Position numbers and translations under genes: made by a program
DNA from: Schizochytrium sp. TIO01
Lineage: Eukaryota > Protista > Bigyra: Labyrinthulomycetes
DNA: 64,000 nucleotides
Assembly: GCA_004764695.1 (NCBI GenBank)
Contig: SMSO01000025.1
Span: 1,178,001-1,242,000 of the forward strand
Reading direction: 5' to 3'
In this document: positions 1 to 12,200 of the stretch, in pieces
Layout: each line of letters starts with the position of its first letter
How positions within the stretch are numbered: position 1 is the first letter of the stretch
Notes under the pieces: model-generated
Database searches by the model: none
The model's input: only the letters and a program-made list of their open reading frames with translations
What the model was told of the DNA's origin: nothing

Positions 1-2
1 TT

Positions 3-227
3 CGCAGTGATGCTGGACGTGTCACTGCAAACATTCCTGTCATTAGCTCAATGCAACCTACCGCGGATAAAAAGTCTGTACGATTCGTCGCTGTATCTTA
101 CTCTGAGGATTCAGACGGAACGCCGAAGGCCGAAAATGAAGGCAAACCTGTACCTTTTATGCTTCGAGTGAAGACGGAAGAGGATGCTGTAGAACTCAAG
201 ACCAAGATCGAAGAGACGATCGCATAA
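3..227 (+). CDS. 3' end of a Ran-binding-domain protein (Nup50/RanBP1-like); 5' part lies outside the window
   Basis: Frame 3 is open from the window edge to TAA at 225-227: RSDAGRVTANIPVISSM...KPVPFMLRVKTEEDAVELKTKIEETIA*. The FMLRVKTEEDAxEL ending matches the RanBD C-terminus of Nup50-type proteins. Confidence 0.7.
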   Translation, partial: RSDAGRVTANIPVISSMQPTADKKSVRFVAVSYSEDSDGTPKAENEGKPVPFMLRVKTEEDAVELKTKIEETIA

Positions 228-1957
228 ATCGAGCGAGGCTCTGGACTAGTGCAATAGCACTTGATCTTCGGAAAAATACTGTTTTTTCTTTGGAGGAATC
301 TCTTTTCCTAACTCACTCTTCATTGTTCACATCACTGCAACGCATTACGCTTAATTGCATGTAACTCTGCAATGATTCTGTTTGATTGTTATCATGTCCC
401 TTACTCTACTTCTACTTAAGTATTCAGGGACTGTTTGAGCTACCTCCAATGTTTCCACGCGCGGTTATCTTTGTCCTGCCTGCCTTCTAGTGATGCCTTT
501 CTTTTATGATATGCATCGACCTATTTCATGCAACCTGCCTCATTTAGGCGTGTCGCTTTTTTGATACTCTACCAGAAAACCTCATCAAATCTACTTAGAC
601 TCATTAGTATTTAGTGCTAGCCACCGAAAATAACTATCTACCTACGTACCTACCAGTTTTCTGCATTTTTGCTTTATATTCTGGAAATCTCCTCTCCAAG
701 ATTGACTTTGGCTACAATTTAATTTTGCACATGTACATTTTGGTATAGTAAAGCGTAGTACTTTTATTCTCTTGATTAGCGCCTCGACTTGAAAGATCAG
801 CATGAGTGTGTGAATCAAGCAGAGGTATAAACTGATGGTTGGTATCACTTACAAATACTTCTTAGGCCTCCCCAGCATAGACCCTTGTAAAGGGTCGGTT
901 GCTTGCAGATAATCTGGACATCAAGCACACAGCGACGCCAATTTGTTTTTGTCATCCAGAACAAATATCTGTGAAGGCAGAATATCATGGGATCTAGCTG
1001 TAGTTTTGAAAAATTATTATTATGCAGGATAAAAACTGCTTATAGTTTCTGATCTTTGTGACGAACCTCCTTTAGGGTGGAGAATCATTCTCTATATGCT
1101 TGTGTCATGAAATACCAAAATCTATGAATTTGATGAATGAAGAGAGCGCATACGGTGCTGCAATCTAAATGATGTATATCGAGCAGCGTAGTATTTAATA
1201 GGTAAATTTATATCGGGTACACCCTTAATCACATAATCTTGAGATAATTCTAAACGTGGAGGCTCATTGTTTGTATTTTGCAAAATTCGAGGCTCATTTT
1301 GAATAAAAGGCCGAACCAACATTGGCTGAAGGTAGCTCTCCCCAACCAATTTTTTTTCGTCAACAATGATTCAACATGGTTGAACAAGATTGGCCGTGCT
1401 CTTTATGAATCACAGTTTTATTTTAATCACTTGGTTCTGCAGGCAATGCTATCAAACAGTTGACAATGAAATGCTGTTGAAAATCGATTTATAAAGAAAT
1501 GGCTGCAAAAGTACATGTATGTACTCAGTACTAGATAATGTGGAGTGGTGTGCACACGCCTTGGACATCATTATTTTCACCAACATAAAGATGAAAATGT
1601 AATGTCCAGTTCAATGGTCCACAAGAGAGTTGAGACTATCAAAATGAGACATTTCGAGATAGTGCAGCGCTCTTTGTCGTGTTCATCATAACTTGAAGTA
1701 CATGCAACTCATTATATCCTGTTATGACGGTATGTAGCAGTAGGTACTGTGTGTAGAAAGAAGCCTATCTAAACAAGCTCACTCCTCATAAGAAGGTACC
1801 TACCTACATACTTACCTACCTACCTTGCAACCATTTAAGTGATTCTAGAAACTCAAGCCAAATTATTGATAGGAGTAGCCCTTTACTGATGAGTGCCTTG
1901 CAACATGTTTTATGTGATCCAATCCAATTGCCATGCTTGCCTCTCCTTTACAATAAA

Positions 1958-1992
1958 CAACACCCTCTCAGCAGCAACACCCTCTCAGCAGC
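1958..1992. repeat. 17-bp tandem duplication (CAACACCCTCTCAGCAG x2)
   Basis: Two adjacent exact copies visible in the sequence. Confidence 0.85.
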
Positions 1993-2749
1993 TGCCAAGG
2001 CATGTCTTAAGCTCAAGTGAGTCAGTCCATCGGTCAACTTTTCACCCATCTTATCTCCTATTGCAGATTCTGGTGAAGTAAGCAGACGCAGCCTTGACGT
2101 TGTTTATTTACCCCGACATCATCATTACCAGGTAGGGAAGTGCTACCTAGCCAGCTACTTGTCTGAATGACTGAAGAACGGTGGAGATCATATCTCCAAG
2201 TCAGCAGGACATGTTTGATGATCATGCACCTCATGCACGCACATCTTGCCCTGAGGTGTTCTATACTACGGCATCTTGTCCTATTGCCTCCTCGCTACCT
2301 ACCTACCTACCCACAATGATGCCACCATGATTACTGCATCACAAAATTCTGACGCCATCTCTTGATTGATCAATGAGGTACAGTTAATATTTATCAATTG
2401 ATTATTTATTCCCTTGTCTCCTTTCGAGGAAGAGGAATTGGGCATGCGCAGCTCTCCTATTACGGGACCCACGCTGCGATTCGCAAAATAACTTTGACGC
2501 TGATTCGGAGTAACATTAAGCCAGAGTTCACTCTTATGCTGGTGGATAAGGGTGCCTACCTACCTAGGCATTATGCCTGTACTAGTACCTTCTAAAATGA
2601 GCAGACTCCAAACTTCAGAGTTCTTGTGCTTCTTGCCAAGACTTTCTTGTGTAGATAATTGATCCTGTGGGCTGCACGCGCTGCGAGATCGCGGCGCGTG
2701 CGGGCGTCGTGGTCTGGGTTGGGCTAGATCTTGAGAGCGACGGTGATCT

Positions 2750-4528
2750 ATGGCGGGCTTAGAGGACTTGGGCGAGGCCCGCCTGACGGAATGGAAGCTA
2801 GTCAATACCAAACTTAACACGCTGCGCAGTCATGCGGAAACCTGGGCGGCGCTGTGTCCTTCGGAAAGACTTGAATATCTTGGCAAGGTTAAACGAGCAT
2901 TGCAACGGCTTAATGTGTATGCGTGGTGTGTAGAATCCGCAAAAATCCAGGGATGGGACCTTGGAACCAAGTATGGCCAGAACATTGCAGCTATGGAGAC
3001 ACAAACTATGGCTACTTTGATTAAAGCACACGTTGACGCGCTTATCGCAACCTACTCGGACCTCGTCGAGGGAGGTGACACATATGCATCTATTGGGCCT
3101 GTGAGACAAAACTTGCGAGTTGAGAGTCATGATGCCCTGAACCCACCGCGGACTAGTGTTCATGTTCCAAGATCACTTGGGGAATGGGCTTCAGGAGCCT
3201 CGCTCGACATCTGGTTACAGGAACATGCATCAAATCCTTGCGATTCACCGCCAGCAATTAATAACAATGCGGGCAAGGTCTGCGTCATCCTTGGAGGTGG
3301 TAGCCAGTCCTATCTTGCTGTTACAGATGTCTTGCACCAGCTCTTTGTAGAAGGTACTGCATCTCTCCTCAAACATCATCATGTTCGTGCTTTCTCGTAC
3401 GCACCGATCGGCCAACTTTTCCAGAGTTTAATTGAAGACGGGTTTCTAGATCACGTTGTGTGCGAACCACTCATCACAAGACGCCTTGCGGCAGATCCGC
3501 GCGTTGATATGCTCCATATCACTGGATCAAAAACAAGTCATGATGCAATCCTACGGTTTTTGCGAGAGAATAAGCAAGAAAAGATAATTACAAGCCAATT
3601 AGGGTGCGTCACACCTTGGATCGTGGTACCTGGAGGATCTCTATGGAGCTCTAGTGAACTTGAAGCTCAAGCCAAAGCCTTAGTTAGCGGAATTGTCCGT
3701 CAGCAATCATGTAATTGCTACTCACCAAAACTCATTATTGTAGATGCTGATTGGCCTCAAAAAGAGACTTTCTTGACTGAACTGCGTATTGCATTAGCAA
3801 TGGCGCCTCAGCCCCCTGCATACTACCCTGGCACAAGAGAGCGATACGATACAGTTATTGCAGCCTATGAAAACCGGGAAGATGCAGAGCTCGAATTCGT
3901 GGAGTCCCCAGAACAGGAAGGTCTTAACAGCGATTTCACACGTGAAGGAGATCCGCGCAACCCGCTACAGGTTTTGCTTATTACTCATAAAGTTAATATG
4001 CGCTCATTCCAACGCGCACCAGCCTATACAATGGAGCCCTTTGCCCCAATTGTCACTATTTGTGAAATTCAGGACGGCATGAACAACGAAGACAAATTTC
4101 TGCGTTTAGCTACACGCTTTGTCAATAACCATGTCTATGGTACTTTGTCTTGCACTCTTATTGTGCACCCGAGTCTTGCTAATAATGAAGCTGTTGAGAA
4201 AGCGATCGATGAATTGCGTTATGGGTGCATTTGCGTGAACGGATCTACAGCAGCTATGTACGCCGCACCAAATGGTGTCTGGGGGGCACACCCTTCGGAT
4301 GGTAGCATTGACCTTGTCAAGTCTGGCAAGGGTTTTGTGCATAACTGCTTGCTAATAGACAAGATTGATAAGGCTGTCTTGCGGCTTTCCTTCCTAAACA
4401 GTATGCAGCAAGATCAACCCGGAAATGATCCAGGTAACGTTTCACTCGTGCGTCGCGGGGCAGAATTTATGCTTCGTCCAAACCCTTGGCGTTTGGCCAA
4501 GGTAGCAGGAGCAGCCATGTTTGGATAA
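2750..4528 (+). CDS. Aldehyde dehydrogenase-family protein (bacterial-like subgroup) with substituted catalytic motifs
   Basis: 592-aa intronless ORF. Motifs: HITGS (NAD binding), SQLGCVTPWIVVPG, SCNC (catalytic Cys region), EPFAPI, GTLSCTL, LRYGCICVN. Confidence 0.85.
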   Translation: MAGLEDLGEARLTEWKLVNTKLNTLRSHAETWAALCPSERLEYLGKVKRALQRLNVYAWCVESAKIQGWDLGTKYGQNIAAMETQTMATLIKAHVDALIATYSDLVEGGDTYASIGPVRQNLRVESHDALNPPRTSVHVPRSLGEWASGASLDIWLQEHASNPCDSPPAINNNAGKVCVILGGGSQSYLAVTDVLHQLFVEGTASLLKHHHVRAFSYAPIGQLFQSLIEDGFLDHVVCEPLITRRLAADPRVDMLHITGSKTSHDAILRFLRENKQEKIITSQLGCVTPWIVVPGGSLWSSSELEAQAKALVSGIVRQQSCNCYSPKLIIVDADWPQKETFLTELRIALAMAPQPPAYYPGTRERYDTVIAAYENREDAELEFVESPEQEGLNSDFTREGDPRNPLQVLLITHKVNMRSFQRAPAYTMEPFAPIVTICEIQDGMNNEDKFLRLATRFVNNHVYGTLSCTLIVHPSLANNEAVEKAIDELRYGCICVNGSTAAMYAAPNGVWGAHPSDGSIDLVKSGKGFVHNCLLIDKIDKAVLRLSFLNSMQQDQPGNDPGNVSLVRRGAEFMLRPNPWRLAKVAGAAMFG

Positions 4529-4932
4529 TTCAAATCTAGGTGTGCTTTCATATTTCAGTTGCATACTTTTTAAGCATGCATGTATGAACAAATTTGGGAA
4601 TCGATGACCATGTGACTCATGTCATGGGTTTCGCAGCAAGCCCATTCAGAATCATTCCTGATTTGTGTTCAATTACTGTTTTACTTTTTTATTTTGTGCT
4701 AAGCTTTTTAGCATTCTGTTGTTTGTTTTCTAAATTTGTACACATCGAGTCTTAATTTCTCTTTTTCGATTTTCAATTTTTTTAATATTATATATACTTA
4801 TGTGAGGAACAAAAGACCAGAAAACAATACTGTTTATCCTTTTTGGTATTTACGGCTTGGCCGACTCGAGAGAAAGCTTGACCTTTTTCCACGCTTATTT
4901 GCTAAATGTTTGCTTGCTTAAAGTTAAGTCTT

Positions 4933-7194
4933 TTAGGTTTGCTTGCGTTTTTGAAACAAAGTTGATAACTTTACAAAAGGTTTCGAACGGCACATCCGCG
5001 TTGTGAAAGTTATAAATAGCATGACGCACAGTAAGCAAGTCCAAAGTTCATCAGGAATGCCATAGCGGTAATTCCGTGAAACGGCGAGAGTATCACTATT
5101 AACCCGATTTTCGGATGTATTGAATGGATGGGATGAACTCTCGTAAACATGGTGTTTGCCAGCTTGTTCAATCATACCCCGATGCAAAATCCTGTAAGTT
5201 CCTACTTCTTGGTCTTGTGGAATCACCCACTGACATGTACATACACTGAAAAGAAGCCACTTTCGACGCCAATAGAATCGAACAGGCCAATCGTGATCTT
5301 TAGCGATAACTAACCATTTGTTGCCACCATCATTTTGCTGAACTTTACGCTGAATATCACAGAACGATCCCACAAGAAGCTGGCTATTCAAAGGGCGAGC
5401 ACACCAAAATGAAGCTTGTGCAACCTCACCTCGTGCAAATGCACTTCCTGGTAGAATGTCAGATAAGACCATTCCCAGTTCAACTGAAGGAGGTAGAAGT
5501 GGGTCCTTTTCAAGTAATTGGGTTGCAACGACGAGAGGCGCAGGTCGACCCTGCGCAACAAATACGGGGGATCCTAGTTGGTGTGGCTGGTCTTCCAAGA
5601 TCACACGTGTCAGCATATCTTGGACAGCTCGAAGCTGATTTCTTCCGAAGTGGGTTGATGCCCCTTCGTAATGCTGTGTATCATACTCTTCAGCTGTGGC
5701 AAGATATCCTGAGTAGGCGTTACTAACTGCCAACACTTCGATGTGAAGGTCTAAGGATCTGGGAGTGCCACTTCGCTGGTGGAAGGCATTACTCACGGTG
5801 TTCCGAATTCTACGCCCAGACATAGTTGTAACCTCAAATGGAAGAACAGCCAGAACGAAGTCGCCAATCGCAACTACTTGAATTGGCAACACTGGAGGTG
5901 TTGCAGGCGGATCTGTGAGTCCTGTCGCCATGGCCGCAATTTTCGGTTTGTGACACTCCTGGACTTCCTCTGGGATATGAATTCGTCCTATAAGTGCGCC
6001 AGAGAACAATCTTGCAAAGGTCCCACCTGGACTGGATCGTAGAAAACCTTCGTACACCAATGGCACACCTCGACCATCTTCTGTACCAGCGAGCATATGC
6101 AAACCGGTTACAGCAGGGCAGAGTGTGAGGCCATCACTTTGTGTCTTGTATTTGGGAAAATCAAAAGCTACTTTCCGGGCAAAAACTGAAGAGTTCAGAG
6201 TAACCCAAGGTCGATGTTTCGTCTCAAATAAGACAACCTCCGCGGCGTCTGCTTGACATCTCCCGATTGCTTCTGCACTTCGCACAAAGTCCTGACCATG
6301 TGGTCCAGCAAATGTACCATCCTTCATATCTACCACGTTTGGGCTAACATCTCCTGCATCTATTTGGAAAAATGCGAAACTTGTGTTAGGGTACTTCGAC
6401 TCCAAAAGCCACTCTGCGTAACCTTTGTTGTCAGAGCTAATCATGTTGTTTACACCAGCTAGACTTGTCGTATGGACCGCAAAAAATGTCCAGACGGCAG
6501 AAATCTTAGTTGGGTCGTCAGCTTCAATAACTCGAACTACAGTCATGCGATTGTTTTTAGCATCGTCGTAAAGATCTCGCTCTTCCTGTGGGTTGGCAAG
6601 GTATGCATCCATTGAGCGCTGCTTGCTGCAGTTAGGGATGTTAATCGATGAGAGTTCAAGTCTACGCGGCAGACGCAGATTATGGGCATCAACTATGGCC
6701 TCGACAATGCCATTGGCTACCATTTCGAAGTGAAGTGGTGTAAAACCTAGAACAGAGAGATAATATAAGTAAAAAGAGTGCAGCCCACCTGGTCCTGAGT
6801 GAGTATGCTGCGCATGGAGAGTTACAGTGTCGCTGTTGTATACACCTGGAACCCTTTTTTCAAGTTTCTCAATCACAGCCTCATGTAAGGCCAGCGGTAT
6901 GCTGTGAATATCACAGTGTGCGAGTGCAATGATATTATTATCAACGTCCTCAATCACATATGCACGCACATATAGTCTGTTTAAAAGCCCTTTGGCGCGC
7001 TGCAGAGTATCTGCGTAGCCCATCATGGTTTGCTCAGCGACGGGCCCAGTGACATCTGCTTTGCCAATACCAATATTAAAGATGTTTGACATGGCTTTCG
7101 CCTCTGTCGTGTTTTCTGATAGTGCCCCAAATGAGGAGTACACAAGCACAGCAAACGTTAGGAAACTAACGAATCCTCGCCGCAGTCTCAACAT
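4933..7194 (-). CDS. Neutral/alkaline non-lysosomal ceramidase with N-terminal signal peptide and C-terminal hydrophobic anchor
   Basis: 753 aa. Motifs: GIGKADVTGP, MMGYA, HTHSGPGG (Zn ligands), SSDNKGYA, GDVSPN, AGTEDG, EVTTMSGRR, NAYSGY, QHYEGASTHFG, GTYRILH. Confidence 0.95.
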   Translation of the reverse strand: MLRLRRGFVSFLTFAVLVYSSFGALSENTTEAKAMSNIFNIGIGKADVTGPVAEQTMMGYADTLQRAKGLLNRLYVRAYVIEDVDNNIIALAHCDIHSIPLALHEAVIEKLEKRVPGVYNSDTVTLHAQHTHSGPGGLHSFYLYYLSVLGFTPLHFEMVANGIVEAIVDAHNLRLPRRLELSSINIPNCSKQRSMDAYLANPQEERDLYDDAKNNRMTVVRVIEADDPTKISAVWTFFAVHTTSLAGVNNMISSDNKGYAEWLLESKYPNTSFAFFQIDAGDVSPNVVDMKDGTFAGPHGQDFVRSAEAIGRCQADAAEVVLFETKHRPWVTLNSSVFARKVAFDFPKYKTQSDGLTLCPAVTGLHMLAGTEDGRGVPLVYEGFLRSSPGGTFARLFSGALIGRIHIPEEVQECHKPKIAAMATGLTDPPATPPVLPIQVVAIGDFVLAVLPFEVTTMSGRRIRNTVSNAFHQRSGTPRSLDLHIEVLAVSNAYSGYLATAEEYDTQHYEGASTHFGRNQLRAVQDMLTRVILEDQPHQLGSPVFVAQGRPAPLVVATQLLEKDPLLPPSVELGMVLSDILPGSAFARGEVAQASFWCARPLNSQLLVGSFCDIQRKVQQNDGGNKWLVIAKDHDWPVRFYWRRKWLLFSVCTCQWVIPQDQEVGTYRILHRGMIEQAGKHHVYESSSHPFNTSENRVNSDTLAVSRNYRYGIPDELWTCLLCVMLFITFTTRMCRSKPFVKLSTLFQKRKQT

Positions 7195-9265
7195 CGTTAC
7201 TACCAGCTTTTTGAAGATGGGCGATCCAATGGCACAAAGTTAGGTACTCCAAGGTTAATCCAGTTGATAGATTAGTTTTCCTAACACCAAGCTTCTTGTG
7301 CGTGGTTTTGCATGCTGTTCTTCTGGCAACAGCCCGATTTGCTTTTGGTGTAAAGGGTTTGTGCCGCGTAGTCCTACAGGTTTCGTGTTTGCAGACTGTG
7401 GTTCTGACAAATAAAATGCGCTCACAGTAGGTAGGGTCTGGTAGGTACTACTCATAAATGTTCTTTTAGCGAAAAGGTTAAATAGGCCAGGTCGTGGCAC
7501 GAACATATTTTACACTAATTAGATGAACAAATATTGTTTCGTACAACCCTGCTAGGCTATAATTATGAACATGCTCACCCCTTGCACCTACTAAGTACCA
7601 CATGTCACGGGGATTGCTCCAGCATGGCGAAAGAGTTCTCGTCATCAACGCATACGCAAAGGTTCGATACGTAAAATTACCCAAGCTCTTCTTGTATGAG
7701 GCGTAAAATTTTCCCTCTCTCGCGGAGAAGCGCCGTAGCCTTGTATAAAGAAATAGGCTATATCTGCACGTAGATTTCCGTAAATTGCTCAAAATCAATT
7801 TTTAATGCTACACGATGTAAACTTTCTCATTTCGAATCCATCAAAAATCTGTTTTTGAACAAATGAAGTGTAGTACAATCATAAGTAATATCTTCAACTC
7901 TCCGGCCTCACTACCACTAGCCAGGTGCTCCTCCTGCCAATCCTATTACTTTCATAAAAACTTAAGTTAAAGAATACTATTCATTTCTTCTCAATTAGCT
8001 GCAGTCTTGTTTTGAGCTTTGGATTCCAAAAACTTCTACCGCAAATTCGCGATTGGCTCGTTCCTTGTTACACGCGCAGCTTGATATTCATCATCCGATC
8101 ATACCCTTATTCCTTTTGTCATGACACTCATAATCTCTCCCTTTGAGAAAATAATAACAATGGCAGATTTTCTCTTGGGCAAAAACATAACAACGGTTCG
8201 ATGAATGTTGTCGGATATGGGAATCCGCTTGATATCTGGAGGAAAGTGAGAAAAAGTCGGACACCTACTTTCCATTCAGCAACGTGACGAAGTTTGAGAG
8301 AAATCTTTATTAACTTTTTCATGGCTATGTTTAAGTCCTCTTTAACATGGGTGCTGCGGAAATATGCATAGGAAACAGTCTCGTGGTTTGTTGTTCAACT
8401 TTTAATCTTATCACCTGACCTCTTGAAGTAACTTCCTCGACGCTCTTCTTGAGAAATTCTAGCCTTGAGTTGGTCTTTACATAGTCAAACCGAATTTTTA
8501 GCTGTGCGTTCGCCTGCGTAGCCGCTGGGACGCATACGTCAATGAGCTTAGCCAAAGAAGTCGGTAACGTGTCTTCTTTATGAAGAATATGAAGCTGTTT
8601 TCTGTGAAATACTAAATATTTTTATCAAAGGGCTTTTCGAGTATATGGCAGTCATATTTAAAAAGAACTACGTAAAAGGGATATTCTTGGAATGTGTGTC
8701 GTGGTAGTTTAGTACCTCATTTGTTCACCATTTTTTAAAGTCTCGTTGCATGCATCTGTGACGAACACATTGATGGTTAAGCTTTGAAGGGCATCGCCAC
8801 GATTCTTTATATATAAAGACATCTCTCAGGTCGCAGGGGTATCGATAAACAACTGTTTGTTGTGAGCTTAGCGACAGAAACGGGCGTCGTTGGGGTCATG
8901 ACCTTTGAACTATAACTTATCACTGCTTATTTGACACTTATGAGACTATAACTCATATTGGTATTGGGAAGACTGCTTCCCGCGCCTAAGCATCATTTCA
9001 CGGATATCCCTTTCACTCTTCTCGGTCGAACCATTAGGTTCTGTGTTAAAGATGATGTCTCGTAAATTATATGGCTGGTGTATTATTGAGTTTCACACAT
9101 TTGTCAGTACTTTTGAAGCCTTAGAGCTGTCACCCTGTGTATGAGGTTAAAAGACAAGGTCTTTAAGAATAATTTCGATTGAGACTCACTTATTTTTGTC
9201 TGATCACAGCCATTTTCCCTAGGGTAATACGAGGTGGCCAGACTGGTTGTTTGTTACACAGGCAT

Positions 9266-12200
9266 TCATGAAGGACGGCTTCTCTTTGTAGGCCTCTTCT
9301 CAACTTCATCAGCATCTCCGTCCTTGGGCTTTTGAGCACTAATGTCTTTCCCAGCATTGCTAGTCTCAACCTGCTTCTTAGACATCAGTTGCGTGCATTC
9401 GCTCGCGTTGACGATGGGTTTGATGGGATTCTGATCGAAAGCAAAGCACGAGAACTTCCTGGACGAACCATAGGAAGCGTGAGAATTCGCCGCAGCAAAT
9501 GCGAACAGTATTCTTCTATCACTTCTAAAGTTGCTAGAAACAATTCGCTGCACTATTACGTTCCCGTTTAATCTTCTCATCGTGGGCGCAGAAATGTGAC
9601 CAATTGATACCTTCAGTCTATTTTTATTCCCTAGTTCTGCGTCTGACGGTACCTTAATGAGTTTGAATTTTTCTCCAGTACACGTCATCGTCAAGATCTC
9701 CACTTGGAATGATTGCCGAAAATTCGCCGCAACAAAATCAATGACTCTCCTCAGCTGGAGTTTTTCGTTTGAATTTGCTCCCTTCCTAACTTCCTCCAGA
9801 AGCTTCATAGAGATGTTTGCACCAACAGGAGTAGCTAGATACTTGAGCCACAAATCTTGCAAAATAATTGCCTCCAGTTCAAAATCATCCTTAGCAAGCT
9901 TGCTGATGAGCTTGCGCAGGGTTGTCAACATTCTTGGTTCCCTGTCAAATGACATTGCCATCAAAATAGCCTAAACTTGCTCCACAAGATCGAAAAGTAT
10001 AACATTCGGTACGCAGAGGAGCACCTTCTGGAGGTTTGGGCAACAGCTCTTCACTTCGGGTACTTCTATACATTTAGTATAAGGGCCGACCTGGGACATT
10101 GCCGAGCCTTTATTACAATCATGGAGAAGGGGAAAGAGTGATAAACCCATGCTCAGGCTTGGGTGAACAGCAGCCGGTAAGCTCGGACCTGGGCAAGGTA
10201 CAGCTTTTGAAGGGTAGAATTCCCGAAATAAACTGTTGATACGAATGCGCTCGTCGACGGATGAGTGCACATCTACCCACGGCATGGTTTTATGAATTGG
10301 TTTTAATTCTGAAGTGCGCAGGCGATTTGCTCTCAAAGCAGCAAATAGAAGTAGCATATCACCTCGAAGTGCACTGACATGTCTACTTCCAATCAGTTCA
10401 TTCAAAATACAGTGGAAGCGTTCGAAGGTATTCGTAGCCCCTTTCGCAGACTTTTGACAGTATTGAGCAATTGTATCGTCAGGATCGTCAAGGCAACCAC
10501 AATCAACATGCACTAGCATGTCCTCAAAAAATTCAAAACGTTCACGTCCTACCTCATGTGTCTGGTGAGGATCCGAGGGTTGGGCCCTCGAGCGAAAAAG
10601 CCTTACATATTTGGGTTTTCTAGACACTTTATAAGGTAATCTCTTGCCGAAGCTTGTGCTCGAGAGAAGTTTATGAACAGCGTCTTCTACTTCTTCTGCT
10701 CTATCTGGGGCTATTCGCGCAAAAAAGTCATTGCCCTGACTCGCCTGAGCTCCCTTTTCGTCAGTCTCCACGAAAAGCATACAGAACCGCATTAACGCGT
10801 GCGCTCATAATGTCTTTGCTTGGGATGCGATATATAGACTCGCGGGGACGTTTCCGATATAAGTTGATGACCTCATCGACATCTTCTTCATTTTCTTATT
10901 CTCCATGCGGGTCTTTCTTCAAATATTTTGTAAGCAAATCCCTACCAGTGGATAAAACTGCACCTACAAAAGTTTTTGCGCAATGGATGGCTTGAAGGAA
11001 CATTCTAATATTCTCGAAGCGATTAAGCCAATTAAAAATATTGAGCTTGACCGCAACGTGAGGCCAGATACGCCGAGCTAGCTTACGAACGAGGCAACAG
11101 TTATCAGTGTAAATAACCTTTGGAGCTGAAACAGACCCAAAGATTTTATGTCGAGAATCATCGGAATTTTGTAGAGCCCTAGACAGACCCCTAGCGAAAG
11201 TCTCTCGCGTACAAATCCATTCAACCCAGACGATCTGGTTAAGCTCGTTCGTAATCGTTATTATCGCTTCATATGGCTGGAATTCGTAAATTTTATCGTT
11301 GCCTATTTGAGCTTCCATCTTCACTTGCTTCGCAAACTGGAAGCTGCAGTCAATCTGCAAAACGTTAGCTTCCGCGCTCACTAGTTCATGCAACATTGGG
11401 CGTGCCATTTCACAGAAATAATTAGTATTCACAGTGTCTAAAAATGCATAATGAAGCTGAAAACCATTGTAACCATCAGGCATTATCAAATTCACCGAAG
11501 GGTTCGGGACCTTCTGACCTAATGCGAGCAACAAGAGCTTCTATCACCTTGGCATCTTGATCGCTGAGTTCCTGATGTTGAGCGTTGTTGTGCTGCTCCC
11601 GTTCTTCCTTTTCACGAACAAGGTCTTTGACTTGACCGATTGTTAAAGAGGTAGCTTCATTCCACAGCATCTTCACAGCTTCGTGCGCTTTATTGATAGC
11701 CTCTTTCACACGAACTGGCCTGAAATTTTCTCAGAAGCAATTATGCTAGAATTCTCTCTTAACCATCCAGGCTCATGTCGGGCTTTTGATTCAACATAGT
11801 CTTGTGTCAGCTGCATCACATCTGTGACAAGCATAGGCTGGGCAGACGTGGCTCGTTCGTCGTCAAAGCGCCATACTAGCTGACTAAGTTTGGCCTTGAG
11901 ATGGGGGGGCAAGCCAGAAGAGCTTGTCAGCAAGTCTTGCACCCTCCACTTGGCCAATGTACAGGCTTGCTGCTCTTTGTCGTACTTTGATTGAGTGGCA
12001 AGTTCAGTGTTAGCTCGATTGGTAGCCTTTTGCTGCCCTGCAATCTGGCATCCAGCCCTCTTCGGTGGATGACCTACAAGAGCAGGGTCTAGGTTAGAAA
12101 GGTAGTATTCCTCACGAACCTGCTCAAAGCGACGAACATGAGCACCTTGCACAAGGTCGAGAGCTTGCTGTCCAGATTTCACCCAAACGTCATAGGACAA

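Noticed and set aside
7608-7672. GGGGATTGCTCCAGCATGG...GGTTCGATAC near the transposon end, considered as a Dada target tRNA remnant
   Set aside because: The stems do not pair into a cloverleaf; the resemblance is within chance.
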